Assembly: GCA_963667665.2 (NCBI GenBank)
Contig: OY763927.2
Location: 992,001-1,056,000, forward strand
Reading direction: 5' to 3'
Length of the DNA stretch: 64,000 bases
Source of the DNA: Nitrosopumilus sp.
GTDB lineage: Archaea; Thermoproteota; Nitrososphaeria; Nitrososphaerales; Nitrosopumilaceae
Below the pieces are notes generated by a model. The model did not search any database, was not told the DNA's origin, and was given only the letters and a program-made list of their open reading frames with translations. A program made the translations under genes and the position numbers. Within the stretch, counting starts at the first letter, position 1. Every line of letters starts with the position of its first letter. Shown in pieces: positions 19,298 through 29,688 of this stretch.

Positions 19298-20167
19298 TTA
19301 GAAACCTTTTGGTAATGCACCTTTTTTAGATGGAGAATCACTTGCTGAAGATTCTGCTTGACGCTTTGCTCTTAGCTCTGCGGCTGCAGTCATTAATTCT
19401 TCATTCTCTCTTTGCTCATCAGCCATTCTATTCATGTAATCTGCTTCATACTCTTCCAATGATTGTTTTTTTGAGCTTCCTGCACTGCTGCTGGAGCTAG
19501 ATTGTTCTGGAGGAGGTGCTTGTGTTGTCTCAGCTGGTTTTGGTGGTTCTGGAGTTTGTGCTTTTATTTCAATGCCTTCAACACTCATTGTTACACCACT
19601 GAAACTTCCAAATGTTTTACCTGGTGGACTATATGCTAATCTTTGTCTTGTAGCAAAGTATTGGTTTGATGGTTGTGTATAACCTGTAACCTTTGCTTTT
19701 TGGTCGTTCCAGTTTGATGTTGGAACGGTTCCGACAGGAGAATGTAGTCTCACAAAGTATCTGTTTGCAGCTGGGACATAACCTGTAACCTTTGCTTTGT
19801 AATCATGAAAAGAAGTCATTGACGCATTATAGTATGCATCTTCTAATGCAGCTTGAAATGTTACTGGAGCTGGTGGTGTTTTCTCAGCTGGTTTTGGAGC
19901 TTCTGCTGGTTTAACCTCTGCTGGTTTTGCTTCAGCTGGTTTAACCTCTGCGGGTTTTGCTTCAGCTGGTTTTGCTTCAGCTGGTTTTGCTTCAGCTGGT
20001 TTTGCTTTAGCTGGTTTTGCTTTAGCTGGTTTAACCTCTGCGGGTTTTGCTTCAGCTGGTTTTGGGGCAGGTGCTTCAAGTTGTGCAGCTAGTTTAGATA
20101 ATTTTGCTTCTAAGTCTGCGATCTTGGTTTCTAGATCTTTTTTTGAACTTGCTTTTTTTGCTGCCAT
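19298..20167 (-). CDS. Low-complexity KPAEA-repeat protein
   Basis: N-terminal coiled coil, pentapeptide repeats and a duplicated KAKVTGY..xNxYF motif. Confidence 0.8.
   Translation of the reverse strand: MAAKKASSKKDLETKIADLEAKLSKLAAQLEAPAPKPAEAKPAEVKPAKAKPAKAKPAEAKPAEAKPAEAKPAEVKPAEAKPAEVKPAEAPKPAEKTPPAPVTFQAALEDAYYNASMTSFHDYKAKVTGYVPAANRYFVRLHSPVGTVPTSNWNDQKAKVTGYTQPSNQYFATRQRLAYSPPGKTFGSFSGVTMSVEGIEIKAQTPEPPKPAETTQAPPPEQSSSSSSAGSSKKQSLEEYEADYMNRMADEQRENEELMTAAAELRAKRQAESSASDSPSKKGALPKGF
19902..20066 (-). repeat. 15-bp coding tandem repeat, about 11 copies
   Basis: Plus-strand units TCAGCTGGTTTTGCT and variants, encoding KPAE(A/V). Confidence 0.93.
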
Positions 20168-20303
20168 TCCTTATTGTAAATAATTCACGGTTTATTTACA
20201 TTTTGATTAGTACTATATTTTGCTTAAAGTATTCCTGAAAAGGCACAAAAATGTATGAAATGTGCATCAGATCAAATATAGATTCTAAAAATTATCTGAA
20301 AAA

Positions 20304-20495
20304 TCAGTCAGGTTCCCAAAATTGCATGACATACATACAATTGTTACATCGCCATAATTTTACATGTATACCATTATCAGTATCAGCTACATATTTCCCA
20401 TCTTTCATCTTAGTGACTTTGGGAAGATAGTTCAATTCAGCATTTTCAAGCCATTCATTTTGCTGACAGTTAGGACACATGATTTTTGGTGGCAC
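20304..20495 (-). CDS. Small zinc-ribbon protein
   Basis: CPNC ... CNNC pairs in 63 aa. Confidence 0.75.
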   Translation of the reverse strand: MPPKIMCPNCQQNEWLENAELNYLPKVTKMKDGKYVADTDNGIHVKLWRCNNCMYVMQFWEPD

Positions 20496-20635
20496 GCACG
20501 ATATAGAAAATGATCAAAGAATAACATTGCTATTAAAAAAAATTCTAAAATTATTTCTAAAATTATTCCTAAAATAATCCATTAAACTAGCACATGGGTG
20601 CAAGTTTAATATGCACAATTGGTATTATAATTACA

Positions 20636-21010
20636 ATGGACGACTTTGAGAAGGAATATCCTGATTTTGACTGGAAAAACATACCAGCATACAAACATCC
20701 AGAGGGCAGAAATTGCCCATGTCCAAAGCATGAATACATCAGAGAACAGATTAATTTTACAAAACAAGTAAATCAAAAAGGTAAAGAACCAACCAAAATT
20801 ACTCTAAAGTTTTGTCCAGATCATTACAAAGTATACTTGGAAGAGGTAATCCCCGCAATGCCATTAAAATATAAAATTCTAACAAAGATTGCTCTAAAAC
20901 TTGGGGCAATTCAAGTTGAACAATTAAAGTATATGGAATCAGAATTGTGTTTTTACTGCAAGTTCGGTTCTGGCGGTCATGACAGAAAGACTGAACTTCC
21001 ACCAGTATAG
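20636..21010 (+). CDS. Cys-rich hypothetical protein
   Basis: CPCPKH, CPDH and CFYC motifs; start placed at MDDFEK after a TTTAATAT box. Confidence 0.7.
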   Translation: MDDFEKEYPDFDWKNIPAYKHPEGRNCPCPKHEYIREQINFTKQVNQKGKEPTKITLKFCPDHYKVYLEEVIPAMPLKYKILTKIALKLGAIQVEQLKYMESELCFYCKFGSGGHDRKTELPPV

Positions 21011-21011
21011 T

Positions 21012-21242
21012 TTAATCAGGACTTAACAAAATTTTTGGTTTGTTTGGAGTATCATGATGACATCGCTTTCCACATAGTGGGCATTTTTTTCTATCAAGAA
21101 AAATACATTGACAAATATGAGAATCAAGATATGATTTTGCAGGTTGATTGGATTCGCCAGTTCCATTACAAAAAGGACATTGAGAACCAAGTAATTCGAT
21201 AGTCCCATTTCCCTTGCAAACTACACATTTTTTATCAGACAA
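21012..21242 (-). CDS. Small DnaJ-type zinc-finger protein
   Basis: Two CxxCxGxG motifs plus a second HxCxC...CPLC...CHH cluster. Confidence 0.75.
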   Translation of the reverse strand: MSDKKCVVCKGNGTIELLGSQCPFCNGTGESNQPAKSYLDSHICQCIFLDRKKCPLCGKRCHHDTPNKPKILLSPD

Positions 21243-21356
21243 TACTGTTTTTCCTACGAGTGAGAACTAAAATACATTTGTTAAAAGAGTAATAAGAAAA
21301 ACATAGGTTCATGAAAATCCAGTTAAGCTTATACTTGAACTATCATCAGGATCATT

Positions 21357-22799
21357 GTGCCAATAGAAGACACCCATGAATTTATTGAAGAACTTGAAAA
21401 AAATGGGGAATTAAAGAGAGTTAAAACTGAAGTTGACTCTGATTTAGAAATTGCAGAAATTCTGAGAAGAGAGATGTACTCTAATGGTTCTGCAATTCTT
21501 TTTGAAAATGTAAAGGGATACGACATGCCAGTGTTAGGAAATGCGTTTGGATCCATGAAAAGATTAGAGATAGCACTTGAGATGACAGACTTTACTGAAA
21601 TTGGTCAACGTATTGCAGATATGACAAAGATGGATATTCCATCAGGTTTACTAAACAAAATTAAAAAACTTCCAGAACTCTCAAAGATGGCAGCATCATT
21701 TCCTAAAGCAGAAACAAGTGGACCAGTAACTGAGATAACATCAAGTGATGCATCTTTTGATGATTTACCAATTTTAAAATCATGGCCTAATGATGCTGGC
21801 AAATTCATTACATTAGGATTAGTTGCCACAAAACATCCAGAAACAGGAACAAGGAATCTTGGAGTGTATAGAATGCAAATAATAGATAAAACTCATGCAT
21901 TAATGCACTGGCAGAAGCACAAGAGAGGTGCTCACCACGGAGATATTTCAAAAGAGAGAGGAGAAAAAATCCCAGTTGCAATAATTATTGGAGGAGAACC
22001 TGCAACAATATTTTCATCAATTGCACCAGTACCAGAAGGACTAGACAAGTACTTGTTTGCAGGAATAACAAGAAAAGAAGGAATCAAAACGGTAAAATGC
22101 AAAACAATTGATCTGGATGTTCCTGCAAATGCAGAGATTGTTTTAGAAGGATATGTTGATCCAGAAGACATTAGAGATGAAGGACCATTTGGAGATCATA
22201 CAGGATACTATACACCAGTTGAGCCATATCCAACATTCACATTAACAGGAATTATGAGAAGAAAAGATCCAATCTATGTTACAACAGTTGTTGGAAAACC
22301 AGTTCTTGAGGATGCATATATTGGAAAAGTTATCGAACGATCATTTTTACCATTAATTCAAATGCTCCAGCCAGAAGTAGTAGACTATAGCATACCATCA
22401 GCAGGATGGTTTCAAGGATTAGCAATTATTTCAATCAAAAAAAGATACCCAGGTCAAGCAAAAAAAGTGATGATGGGGTTGTGGGGAATGGGACAACTTT
22501 CTCTAACAAAGACGTTTGTTGTAGTAGATGACGACATCAATGTACATAACATAAATGATGTCATTTGGGCAATAACTACAAGAGCAGATGCAGCAAGAGA
22601 TACAATAATTATCAACAACACTCCAACTGACACTCTTGATCCTGCATCTCCACTTGTCAACCTAGGTTCTAAGATGGGAATTGATGCAACACAGAAAACC
22701 AAAGAGGAAGGATATGAAAGAGAAATTCAGCAACAAGTAAAAGTTGATGATGAAACAAAAAATCTAGTGGATTCCAAGTGGTCTGATTATGGACTATGA
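21357..22799 (+). CDS. UbiD-family decarboxylase (menaquinone biosynthesis, MqnL-like)
   Basis: RNLGVYRMQ, EGPFGDHTGYY, KRYPGQAK and LDPAS...SKMGIDAT motifs. Confidence 0.9.
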   Translation: MPIEDTHEFIEELEKNGELKRVKTEVDSDLEIAEILRREMYSNGSAILFENVKGYDMPVLGNAFGSMKRLEIALEMTDFTEIGQRIADMTKMDIPSGLLNKIKKLPELSKMAASFPKAETSGPVTEITSSDASFDDLPILKSWPNDAGKFITLGLVATKHPETGTRNLGVYRMQIIDKTHALMHWQKHKRGAHHGDISKERGEKIPVAIIIGGEPATIFSSIAPVPEGLDKYLFAGITRKEGIKTVKCKTIDLDVPANAEIVLEGYVDPEDIRDEGPFGDHTGYYTPVEPYPTFTLTGIMRRKDPIYVTTVVGKPVLEDAYIGKVIERSFLPLIQMLQPEVVDYSIPSAGWFQGLAIISIKKRYPGQAKKVMMGLWGMGQLSLTKTFVVVDDDINVHNINDVIWAITTRADAARDTIIINNTPTDTLDPASPLVNLGSKMGIDATQKTKEEGYEREIQQQVKVDDETKNLVDSKWSDYGL

Positions 22800-23912
22800 T
22801 ACAGAAATAGGATTATAGAAATTATCTCTCTCTACTACCTGATAACCAATCTGATGAATAGCATCAATGATTTTTTTATCTGTTAGTTCAGTTGAGCGTG
22901 CACCAGTGCATGAAACAACCTCTTCACCGATGAGTGTACCACCAAAGTCATCAGCACCATATTGCAAAGCGAGTTGAGCCATGTCAACTCCATTTGTCAA
23001 CCAAGAAGATTGAATGTGCGAAATTAAGCCATCAAAAACTAATCTAGAGATTGCAATCATCTTCAAAAGTTGGACACCACCAGTTCCATATTCAACTAAA
23101 CCTTCTTCATGCATCAAAGTATTGATTGGTTCAAAATTCCATGGAATGAAAGCCATAAAACCTTTAGTTTTTTCTTGAAGTTTTACAATTTTGAAAAAGT
23201 GATCTACAATATCTTTTTTGTTTTCTACATGACCATACATCATAGTTGCAGAAGCTGGTAGTCCAAGTGAATGTGCTTCATCCATTATTCTAATCCAATC
23301 TGCACTAGAAATTTTCTTAGGACTAATGACATCTTTAACTGAATCAACTAAGATTTCAGCACCTGCACCAGGTATTGATTGTAAACCAGCATCTTTTAGT
23401 CTTGATAAAATTTCTTTTGTTGATGATTTTTCAACTTTTGCAATCATATCAATTTCAGATGTAGATAATCCATGAACCCCAACTTGCGGAAATTTCTCTC
23501 TAATCATTTTGAATGCATCTTCATAGTATTCTATATTCAGATTTGGGTTGTGTCCGCCTTGAATCAAAACTTGACGAATCTTAAACAAATCACATGAAGT
23601 CTTTACTCTAGATTCAATTTGATCAAGGGTTAATGTGTAAGCATCTTCAGCACCAGGTGGTCGATAAAATGCACAAAACTTGCAATCAGTGATGCAGACA
23701 TTGGTATAATTCAAAATAATATTATTTACAAAAGATACTTTTTTACCAAATTGTTTTCTTACTAGATATCCAGAAACAAGTCCCATAAGATGAACATCTT
23801 CAGACTCTAAGAGTCTCAAACAATCTTCAGGCTCAGGTCTTTTACCATTAAGAGAATTTTCTAAAATATCTTTGATATCACTTTTTTGTATCTGTTCAGT
23901 AGTTTGGCTCAA
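22794..23912 (-). CDS. mqnC: MqnC/CofH-family radical SAM enzyme (likely cyclic dehypoxanthine futalosine synthase)
   Basis: NYTNVCITDCKFCAFYR, IQGGHNP, PGAGAEIL, ATMMYGHVE, FIPW and YGADDFG motifs; adjacent to UbiD. Confidence 0.75.
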   Translation of the reverse strand: MSQTTEQIQKSDIKDILENSLNGKRPEPEDCLRLLESEDVHLMGLVSGYLVRKQFGKKVSFVNNIILNYTNVCITDCKFCAFYRPPGAEDAYTLTLDQIESRVKTSCDLFKIRQVLIQGGHNPNLNIEYYEDAFKMIREKFPQVGVHGLSTSEIDMIAKVEKSSTKEILSRLKDAGLQSIPGAGAEILVDSVKDVISPKKISSADWIRIMDEAHSLGLPASATMMYGHVENKKDIVDHFFKIVKLQEKTKGFMAFIPWNFEPINTLMHEEGLVEYGTGGVQLLKMIAISRLVFDGLISHIQSSWLTNGVDMAQLALQYGADDFGGTLIGEEVVSCTGARSTELTDKKIIDAIHQIGYQVVERDNFYNPISVS

Positions 23913-24069
23913 TTATCAATCATCTTTTTTAATTTCTATTTAATCTTTGATAGAAAAAAGGAGTAAAAAAAGAATTTAACTAAACGAATGGTTTGTGCGC
24001 ATAGGTGTATGAACCTGAGTTTGATAGTTCACATTAATTTTAAGTAGGGCACAAAAAGTAGATCAACAC

Positions 24070-24852
24070 ATGGTATCAGGTAATCAAATTAGACTTAATC
24101 GAATTCTCAAAAAAGGAAGAATGCTTTGTATTCCAATGGATCATGGTATTTCAAATGGACCAATTGAGGGACTTGAAGACCCAGCTTCGATTATTTACAA
24201 ATGTGAGGGACATGGTCTTACAAGTGTAATTATCAATAAAGGAATTCTCAAAACATTACCCAAGCCAACTAGGGTTGGAATTTTAGTTCATTTTTCAAGT
24301 AGTACATCATTATCATTAGCACCCAATCGTAAGATGTTAACGGGTACAGTAAAAGAAGCTGTAGCAATGGGAGCAGATGGTGTTTCATTACACATCAACA
24401 TTGGGGGTAAGGAAGAACCAGAGATGTTAGAACAACTTGGGAAAACGGCAGAACAATGTCATAGATGGGGAATGCCATTATTGGCAATGATGTATCCAAG
24501 AGGTGAAAATATCAAAGACCCACATGATCCTGAAATTGTTGGACATGTTGCAAGAATGGGAGCAGAGTGTGGTGCAGACATTGTTAAAACATTATACACT
24601 GGCGATGTTGATTCCTTTGCAAAAATTGTAAAGAGCACACCAGTCCCAATTGTTGTTGCAGGTGGACCTAAAGCAAAAACAGATTTAGATATTCTTCAAA
24701 TGACTGAAGATATTATGACTGCAGGAGCTAAAGGTATCACATATGGTAGAAACATCTTTGCACACAAAACACCTGAAAAAATGGTACAAGCATTAGCTGA
24801 AATAATTTTCAGGAAAGGTACAGCAAAGGAAGCATTGAAGAAAATTGAGTAA
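24070..24852 (+). CDS. 2-amino-3,7-dideoxy-D-threo-hept-6-ulosonate synthase (AroA')
   Basis: PMDHG, AMMYPRG, GADIVKT, VAGGPK and GRNIF motifs; first gene of the aro cluster. Confidence 0.88.
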   Translation: MVSGNQIRLNRILKKGRMLCIPMDHGISNGPIEGLEDPASIIYKCEGHGLTSVIINKGILKTLPKPTRVGILVHFSSSTSLSLAPNRKMLTGTVKEAVAMGADGVSLHINIGGKEEPEMLEQLGKTAEQCHRWGMPLLAMMYPRGENIKDPHDPEIVGHVARMGAECGADIVKTLYTGDVDSFAKIVKSTPVPIVVAGGPKAKTDLDILQMTEDIMTAGAKGITYGRNIFAHKTPEKMVQALAEIIFRKGTAKEALKKIE

Positions 24853-25906
24853 AACAAGAGAATTAATAATTACACCTAAAGTGTCTCAGTCACAATTAAC
24901 CAAATTTCTTCCTCAATTAGAAGCTGAAGGAATCAAGATGGTATATCTTGACCCCAAAAAATTAGGCAAGAAAAAAACAAAACTGCAAACAATTTTCACT
25001 TCAAGTGCTGCAAAGTATGTAGTCCTTGAAAAAGAGGGAGCGTCCAAGCCAAAAGGTAAGAAAGTTGGAAGAAAATTCCAAGTATCATCAAACTCAGATA
25101 TAGAAGATGTTCTTTCGGCTGCAAAGAAGGGATTAGACTTTGTCATAGTAGAAGTAAAAGATTGGAAAATTATTCCTCTTGAAAACATTATTGCCAAACT
25201 GCACAAAATTCATACCAAAATTTTTGCAATTGCTAGAACTCCTAAAGAAGTAAGAAAAATGTTTTCAATTTTAGAAGTAGGAGTTGATGGAGTAATTTTC
25301 AGTACATCATCAATCAATGAAGTAAGAGAGGCGACAGTATACCTAGGGACAAGTAGTTTCGATATGGAACAAGCAAAGATCATTGAGATTAAAGAGGTTG
25401 GAGACGGTGAACGTGTTTGTGTAGATACAGCTTCAATGCTTCACAAAGGAGAAGGGATGTTAATTGGGAATAGGTCTAACTTTTTGTTTCTAGTTCACAA
25501 TGAATCAGTAGGATCATCATTTACATCCCCAAGACCATTTAGAGTAAATGCAGGTGCTGTACATTGTTATACTCTAGCACCAGATGGTACTACCAATTAT
25601 CTCTCAGAAATTGAAACAGGTTCTGAAGTATTAATTCTTAATTCCAAAGGAAAGGCAAGAAGAGCAACAGTTGGAAGAGCAAAAATTGAACGAAGACCAA
25701 TGTTAATGATAAAAGCATCTGCAGGAGGTGAAATAGGTGGAATTATTGCACAAGATGCAGAAACAATTCGTTTCATAAAACCAAATGGACAACTAGTATC
25801 AGTCACACATCTAAAGAAAGGAGATATTGTTATGGTACATGCAAAAGCAGCCACTGGAAGACATTTTGGAATGGAAGTTTCAGATGAATACATATTAGAA
25901 AAATAA
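24845..25906 (+). CDS. 3-dehydroquinate synthase II (AroB')
   Basis: WKIIPLENIIA, GERVCVDT, RPFRVNAGAVH and QDAETIR motifs. Confidence 0.93.
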   Translation: MSKTRELIITPKVSQSQLTKFLPQLEAEGIKMVYLDPKKLGKKKTKLQTIFTSSAAKYVVLEKEGASKPKGKKVGRKFQVSSNSDIEDVLSAAKKGLDFVIVEVKDWKIIPLENIIAKLHKIHTKIFAIARTPKEVRKMFSILEVGVDGVIFSTSSINEVREATVYLGTSSFDMEQAKIIEIKEVGDGERVCVDTASMLHKGEGMLIGNRSNFLFLVHNESVGSSFTSPRPFRVNAGAVHCYTLAPDGTTNYLSEIETGSEVLILNSKGKARRATVGRAKIERRPMLMIKASAGGEIGGIIAQDAETIRFIKPNGQLVSVTHLKKGDIVMVHAKAATGRHFGMEVSDEYILEK

Positions 25907-25907
25907 A

Positions 25908-26579
25908 ATGAAATACAAAACTTGTGTCTCTATTGCAGAAAAAACTCCATACAAAATCAAAAAGACATTAAAAATTGCATTAAAAAAATCAGATTATGTA
26001 GAAGTCAGGTTTGATTTTTTAAAAAGTGAACAAATTCCAGAAGCAATAGAGATAATCAAAAAAGATCTAAAAAAGATTGTATGTACACTAAGGCCAAAAA
26101 CAGAAGGTGGGAAATTTTCAGGAAATGAAAAAGAACGAGTTGATATTCTTAAATTAATTGCAGAATACAATCCATTTTTGTTAGATATAGAATTTAACAC
26201 ACTAAAGAGAAATTCATCACTTAGAAGATATCTAAAATCAACAAAGACAAACTTACTTGTATCATGGCATGACTTTAAGAAAACACCAAGTTCTACAGAA
26301 CTAAAAAAGAAAATGAAACAAATGAGTAAATTTTCATCTAATGTAAAAATTGTATGTACGGCAAAATCAACTGATGACTCTAATAGAATGCTGGAGTTAT
26401 ACAGCAAAAAAGGAAAGAATAATCTAATATCATTTGCAATGGGGGATTTTGGTAGAATTTCAAGAATTTTATGCCTGTATTTAGGTAGTCCATACACATA
26501 TGTCTCATTAGGAAAGGCAATTGCCCCGGGACAGTTTAGTGTTGATGAAGTAAAAAAAATTACAAATTTGAAAAAATAA
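25908..26579 (+). CDS. aroD: Type I 3-dehydroquinate dehydratase
   Basis: EVRFD, TLRPKTEGG, SWHDF, FAMG and APGQ motifs. Confidence 0.93.
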   Translation: MKYKTCVSIAEKTPYKIKKTLKIALKKSDYVEVRFDFLKSEQIPEAIEIIKKDLKKIVCTLRPKTEGGKFSGNEKERVDILKLIAEYNPFLLDIEFNTLKRNSSLRRYLKSTKTNLLVSWHDFKKTPSSTELKKKMKQMSKFSSNVKIVCTAKSTDDSNRMLELYSKKGKNNLISFAMGDFGRISRILCLYLGSPYTYVSLGKAIAPGQFSVDEVKKITNLKK

Positions 26580-26630
26580 CAAAATCAACAGTTGAGAGTT
26601 TAAATCAATCTTATTACTCAGAAAAATAAG

Positions 26631-27452
26631 ATGGGAAAATCATTTGCAGTGATTGGAGATCCGATTGATCATTCATTGTCTCCAAATATTCATAGTGCAG
26701 TATTTAGAGAATTGAATTTAGATTGTTCATACATTGCTTATAGAATTCCCAAAGGAGAGTTAGAAGTAGGAATTGCAGGATTAAAAAAAATTAAGGTTTA
26801 CGGATTCAACGTTACCATTCCTCACAAAGTAGATATGATGAAGTATCTCGATAAAATTGATGAGTCATGCAGTTTAATTGGTGCAGTAAACACTGTAACA
26901 AATGAAAATGGTATTCTTAAAGGATATAATACAGATATGGATGGTTTCTTGGAACCATTTAAGAAAAAGAAATTAAATATTAAAGATGCAAAAGTACTTC
27001 TTCTTGGTGCAGGAGGTGCTGCAAGAGCAATAGTCGCAGGGTTTGCAAAAGAAAAGGCAAATAGTATAACCATTGCAAACAGAACACTAGAAAATGCAGA
27101 AGAACTTTCAGAGTTTGCAAAAAAAATAGGATTAGTTTCTAATGCAATAAAAATTGAAGATGTAAATGATACAGCAAAAAAATATGATATTATTGTTAAT
27201 GCAACATCAATAGGTCTAAAGAATGAACCAAGTCCAATTTCCTTAGAGAGTATTAATGAAAAAACAATTATTTTTGATATTGTATACATGCCAATGAACA
27301 CAGATTTTATTAAAAAAGCAAAAGAAAATAATGCAATTGTCATTTTTGGATATGAAATGCTCCTAGGTCAAGCAGTGAGATCCTTTGAGATTTGGCATGA
27401 TATGGATGCACCTTATAACGCAATGAAAAAAGCATTGTTGGGGGGATTTTGA
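26631..27452 (+). CDS. aroE: Shikimate dehydrogenase
   Basis: HSLSP, NVTIPHK, GAVNT, NTD and GAGGAARA motifs. Confidence 0.95.
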   Translation: MGKSFAVIGDPIDHSLSPNIHSAVFRELNLDCSYIAYRIPKGELEVGIAGLKKIKVYGFNVTIPHKVDMMKYLDKIDESCSLIGAVNTVTNENGILKGYNTDMDGFLEPFKKKKLNIKDAKVLLLGAGGAARAIVAGFAKEKANSITIANRTLENAEELSEFAKKIGLVSNAIKIEDVNDTAKKYDIIVNATSIGLKNEPSPISLESINEKTIIFDIVYMPMNTDFIKKAKENNAIVIFGYEMLLGQAVRSFEIWHDMDAPYNAMKKALLGGF

Positions 27453-28306
27453 TGGCAAAAGCAATGGCTACAGTGCATGGAGCAATTTCCTTGGTAAATG
27501 CAATTGCAATCCAAAAAGGTGCAACTTTAGGAATTGCATTAAAAGTAGAAGCAACTGTTGAGACTAGTTCTGGGAAGGGGATTATACTACAATCTAAAAA
27601 CAAAAGTCTCAGTTCTCGCTTAATCAACAAGACTGTGGAAAAAATTGTTTCAAAAAAAGATTTGGAGCAAAACAAAATTACAATCACACTTGATTCAGAA
27701 ATTCCAACAGGATTTGGACTCAAAAGTTCAAGTGCCATTTCATCAGTAGTAGCACTTGCATGTGCAAAAATATTCAAACCAAAATTTACTGATCAAGAAA
27801 TTTTACTTGCGGGAGTTGATGCATCAATTGAATCTAAGGTAAGCATCACAGGTGCCTTTGATGATGCATGTTCATGTTATTATGGAGGGTTTAATGTAAC
27901 GGATAATGCAAAAAGAAAACGAATTCATTTTGAAAAAGGTCCAACTAATTTAGTCGCAGTAATATTTATTCCAAAAAATAGAAAAAGAGGGAATTTGAAA
28001 AATCTAAAAGTTCTTTCAGCAGTATTTGAAAATGCATGGGAATTGGCAAGAAAAGCAAACTATTGGGAAGCAATGATAATTAATGGATTAGCAACTGCAT
28101 CAATTCTAAATTCAGATCCCGAATTAATTACAAATTTAATTAAAAAAGGAGCACTTGCAGCATCAGTTTCTGGAAATGGACCAGCTGTTGCAGCAATAAT
28201 AAAAAAAGAAAATGAAGCAAATATAAAAAAAGTATTTTCAACATTAGAAGGCAATGTGATTGTTTCAAAAATTAGTAACAAAAAGGCTGAAGTTCATGAA
28301 TTGTAA
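27449..28306 (+). CDS. aroK: Archaeal shikimate kinase (GHMP family)
   Basis: GAISLVNAI, PTGFGLKSSSA, TGAFDDA and SGNGP motifs. Confidence 0.92.
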   Translation: MMAKAMATVHGAISLVNAIAIQKGATLGIALKVEATVETSSGKGIILQSKNKSLSSRLINKTVEKIVSKKDLEQNKITITLDSEIPTGFGLKSSSAISSVVALACAKIFKPKFTDQEILLAGVDASIESKVSITGAFDDACSCYYGGFNVTDNAKRKRIHFEKGPTNLVAVIFIPKNRKRGNLKNLKVLSAVFENAWELARKANYWEAMIINGLATASILNSDPELITNLIKKGALAASVSGNGPAVAAIIKKENEANIKKVFSTLEGNVIVSKISNKKAEVHEL

Positions 28307-29564
28307 AGTTGAAAAATCAAAAATTTCTGGACAAGTAGTTTGTCCTCCAAATAAGAGCTATACACATAGAGCAATTTTTCTTGCATCACTTGCAGGAAAT
28401 AACAGTAGAGTGGATAATGTATTGTTATCTGCAGACACCATTGCAACAATTGAGGCTTGCAAAAAATTTGGAGCAGAGATAGAAATCAAAAATTCATCAA
28501 TTGTTGTCAAAAATCCAATTAAACTAGGCATAAATGTGCCTGAAATCAATACTGAAAACTCTGGAACAACAATTAGAATTGCATCAGGTATTGCTAGCCT
28601 ATTTTCTGAACAGATTGTATTAACAGGAGATTCTAGTTTACAAAAAAGACCAATGCAGCCGCTATTAGATGCATTATCAAGTATAGGAGCACAGTGTATA
28701 TCAACAGATGGAAAACCACCAATCAAAATCAAAGGAAAGATTTTAGGAGGTGATGTAACAATTCCAGGAAATTATTCAAGTCAATTCATTTCGGCATTAT
28801 TAATTAGTGCACCACTAACAGAAAAAGGAATTAATCTAACTATTAAAGGAAATTTAGTTTCAAAACCATATCTTGATGCAACTATTGCTTCAATGAGAAA
28901 TTTTGGAGTATCTGTAAAAACATTAATTCCTTACAAACGATATAATGTACTTCCACAAATCTACAAAAGTGCTACATTTACAGTTCCAATTGATTTTTCA
29001 AGTCTAGCACTACTTCTTTCAGCTGCAGTACTTAATGGAGAAGAAATTACAGTCAAGGGAAATATTGGAAACTTGCCACAAGGGGATGAAATGTTTATTG
29101 ATATTTTAGAACAGATGGGAGTAAATGTCACTATAAGTGATGATGAAATTAAAATTAAATCTCCTAAAAAAATAAACGGAGGAAGATTTGATTTAAGTAA
29201 CTCACCAGATCTTCTGCCACCTCTTGCAATCTTGGCATTGAATACATCTAGTCCAATTGAAATAGTTAATGTAAAGCATGCAAGATTAAAAGAAACAGAC
29301 AGAATTGCAATTATAGCAAGAGAACTTGTAAAACTTGGAGTTAAAGTTCAAGAGAAAGAAGATGGAATGATTTTAAACTCATCTGAAAATCTAAGAGGAG
29401 CAGAATTAAATTCAGAAAACGATCATAGATTATTCATGGCATTTTGCATAGCTGGGATGTTCATAGGGAATTGTACTATAACTGATCCTGAATCAGTTAA
29501 AATTTCATATCCAAATTTCATAGAAGAGATGATTAGATTAGGTGCTAAAATTCAAACCCAGTGA
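28296..29564 (+). CDS. aroA: EPSP synthase
   Basis: KSYTHR, NSGTT, SSQFISALL, RLKETDR and DHR motifs; start MNCKVE overlaps aroK. Confidence 0.95.
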   Translation: MNCKVEKSKISGQVVCPPNKSYTHRAIFLASLAGNNSRVDNVLLSADTIATIEACKKFGAEIEIKNSSIVVKNPIKLGINVPEINTENSGTTIRIASGIASLFSEQIVLTGDSSLQKRPMQPLLDALSSIGAQCISTDGKPPIKIKGKILGGDVTIPGNYSSQFISALLISAPLTEKGINLTIKGNLVSKPYLDATIASMRNFGVSVKTLIPYKRYNVLPQIYKSATFTVPIDFSSLALLLSAAVLNGEEITVKGNIGNLPQGDEMFIDILEQMGVNVTISDDEIKIKSPKKINGGRFDLSNSPDLLPPLAILALNTSSPIEIVNVKHARLKETDRIAIIARELVKLGVKVQEKEDGMILNSSENLRGAELNSENDHRLFMAFCIAGMFIGNCTITDPESVKISYPNFIEEMIRLGAKIQTQ

Positions 29565-29688
29565 AACAATTTTCAAAAAAACCAACTAAAAGAGACAAAA
29601 ATATGGCCATAAATCATACCTATTTTCTAAGAATTTGCTAAAAATTGGCTCTGAATCACAATTATAAACATGATTTAGCTTTGATAGT

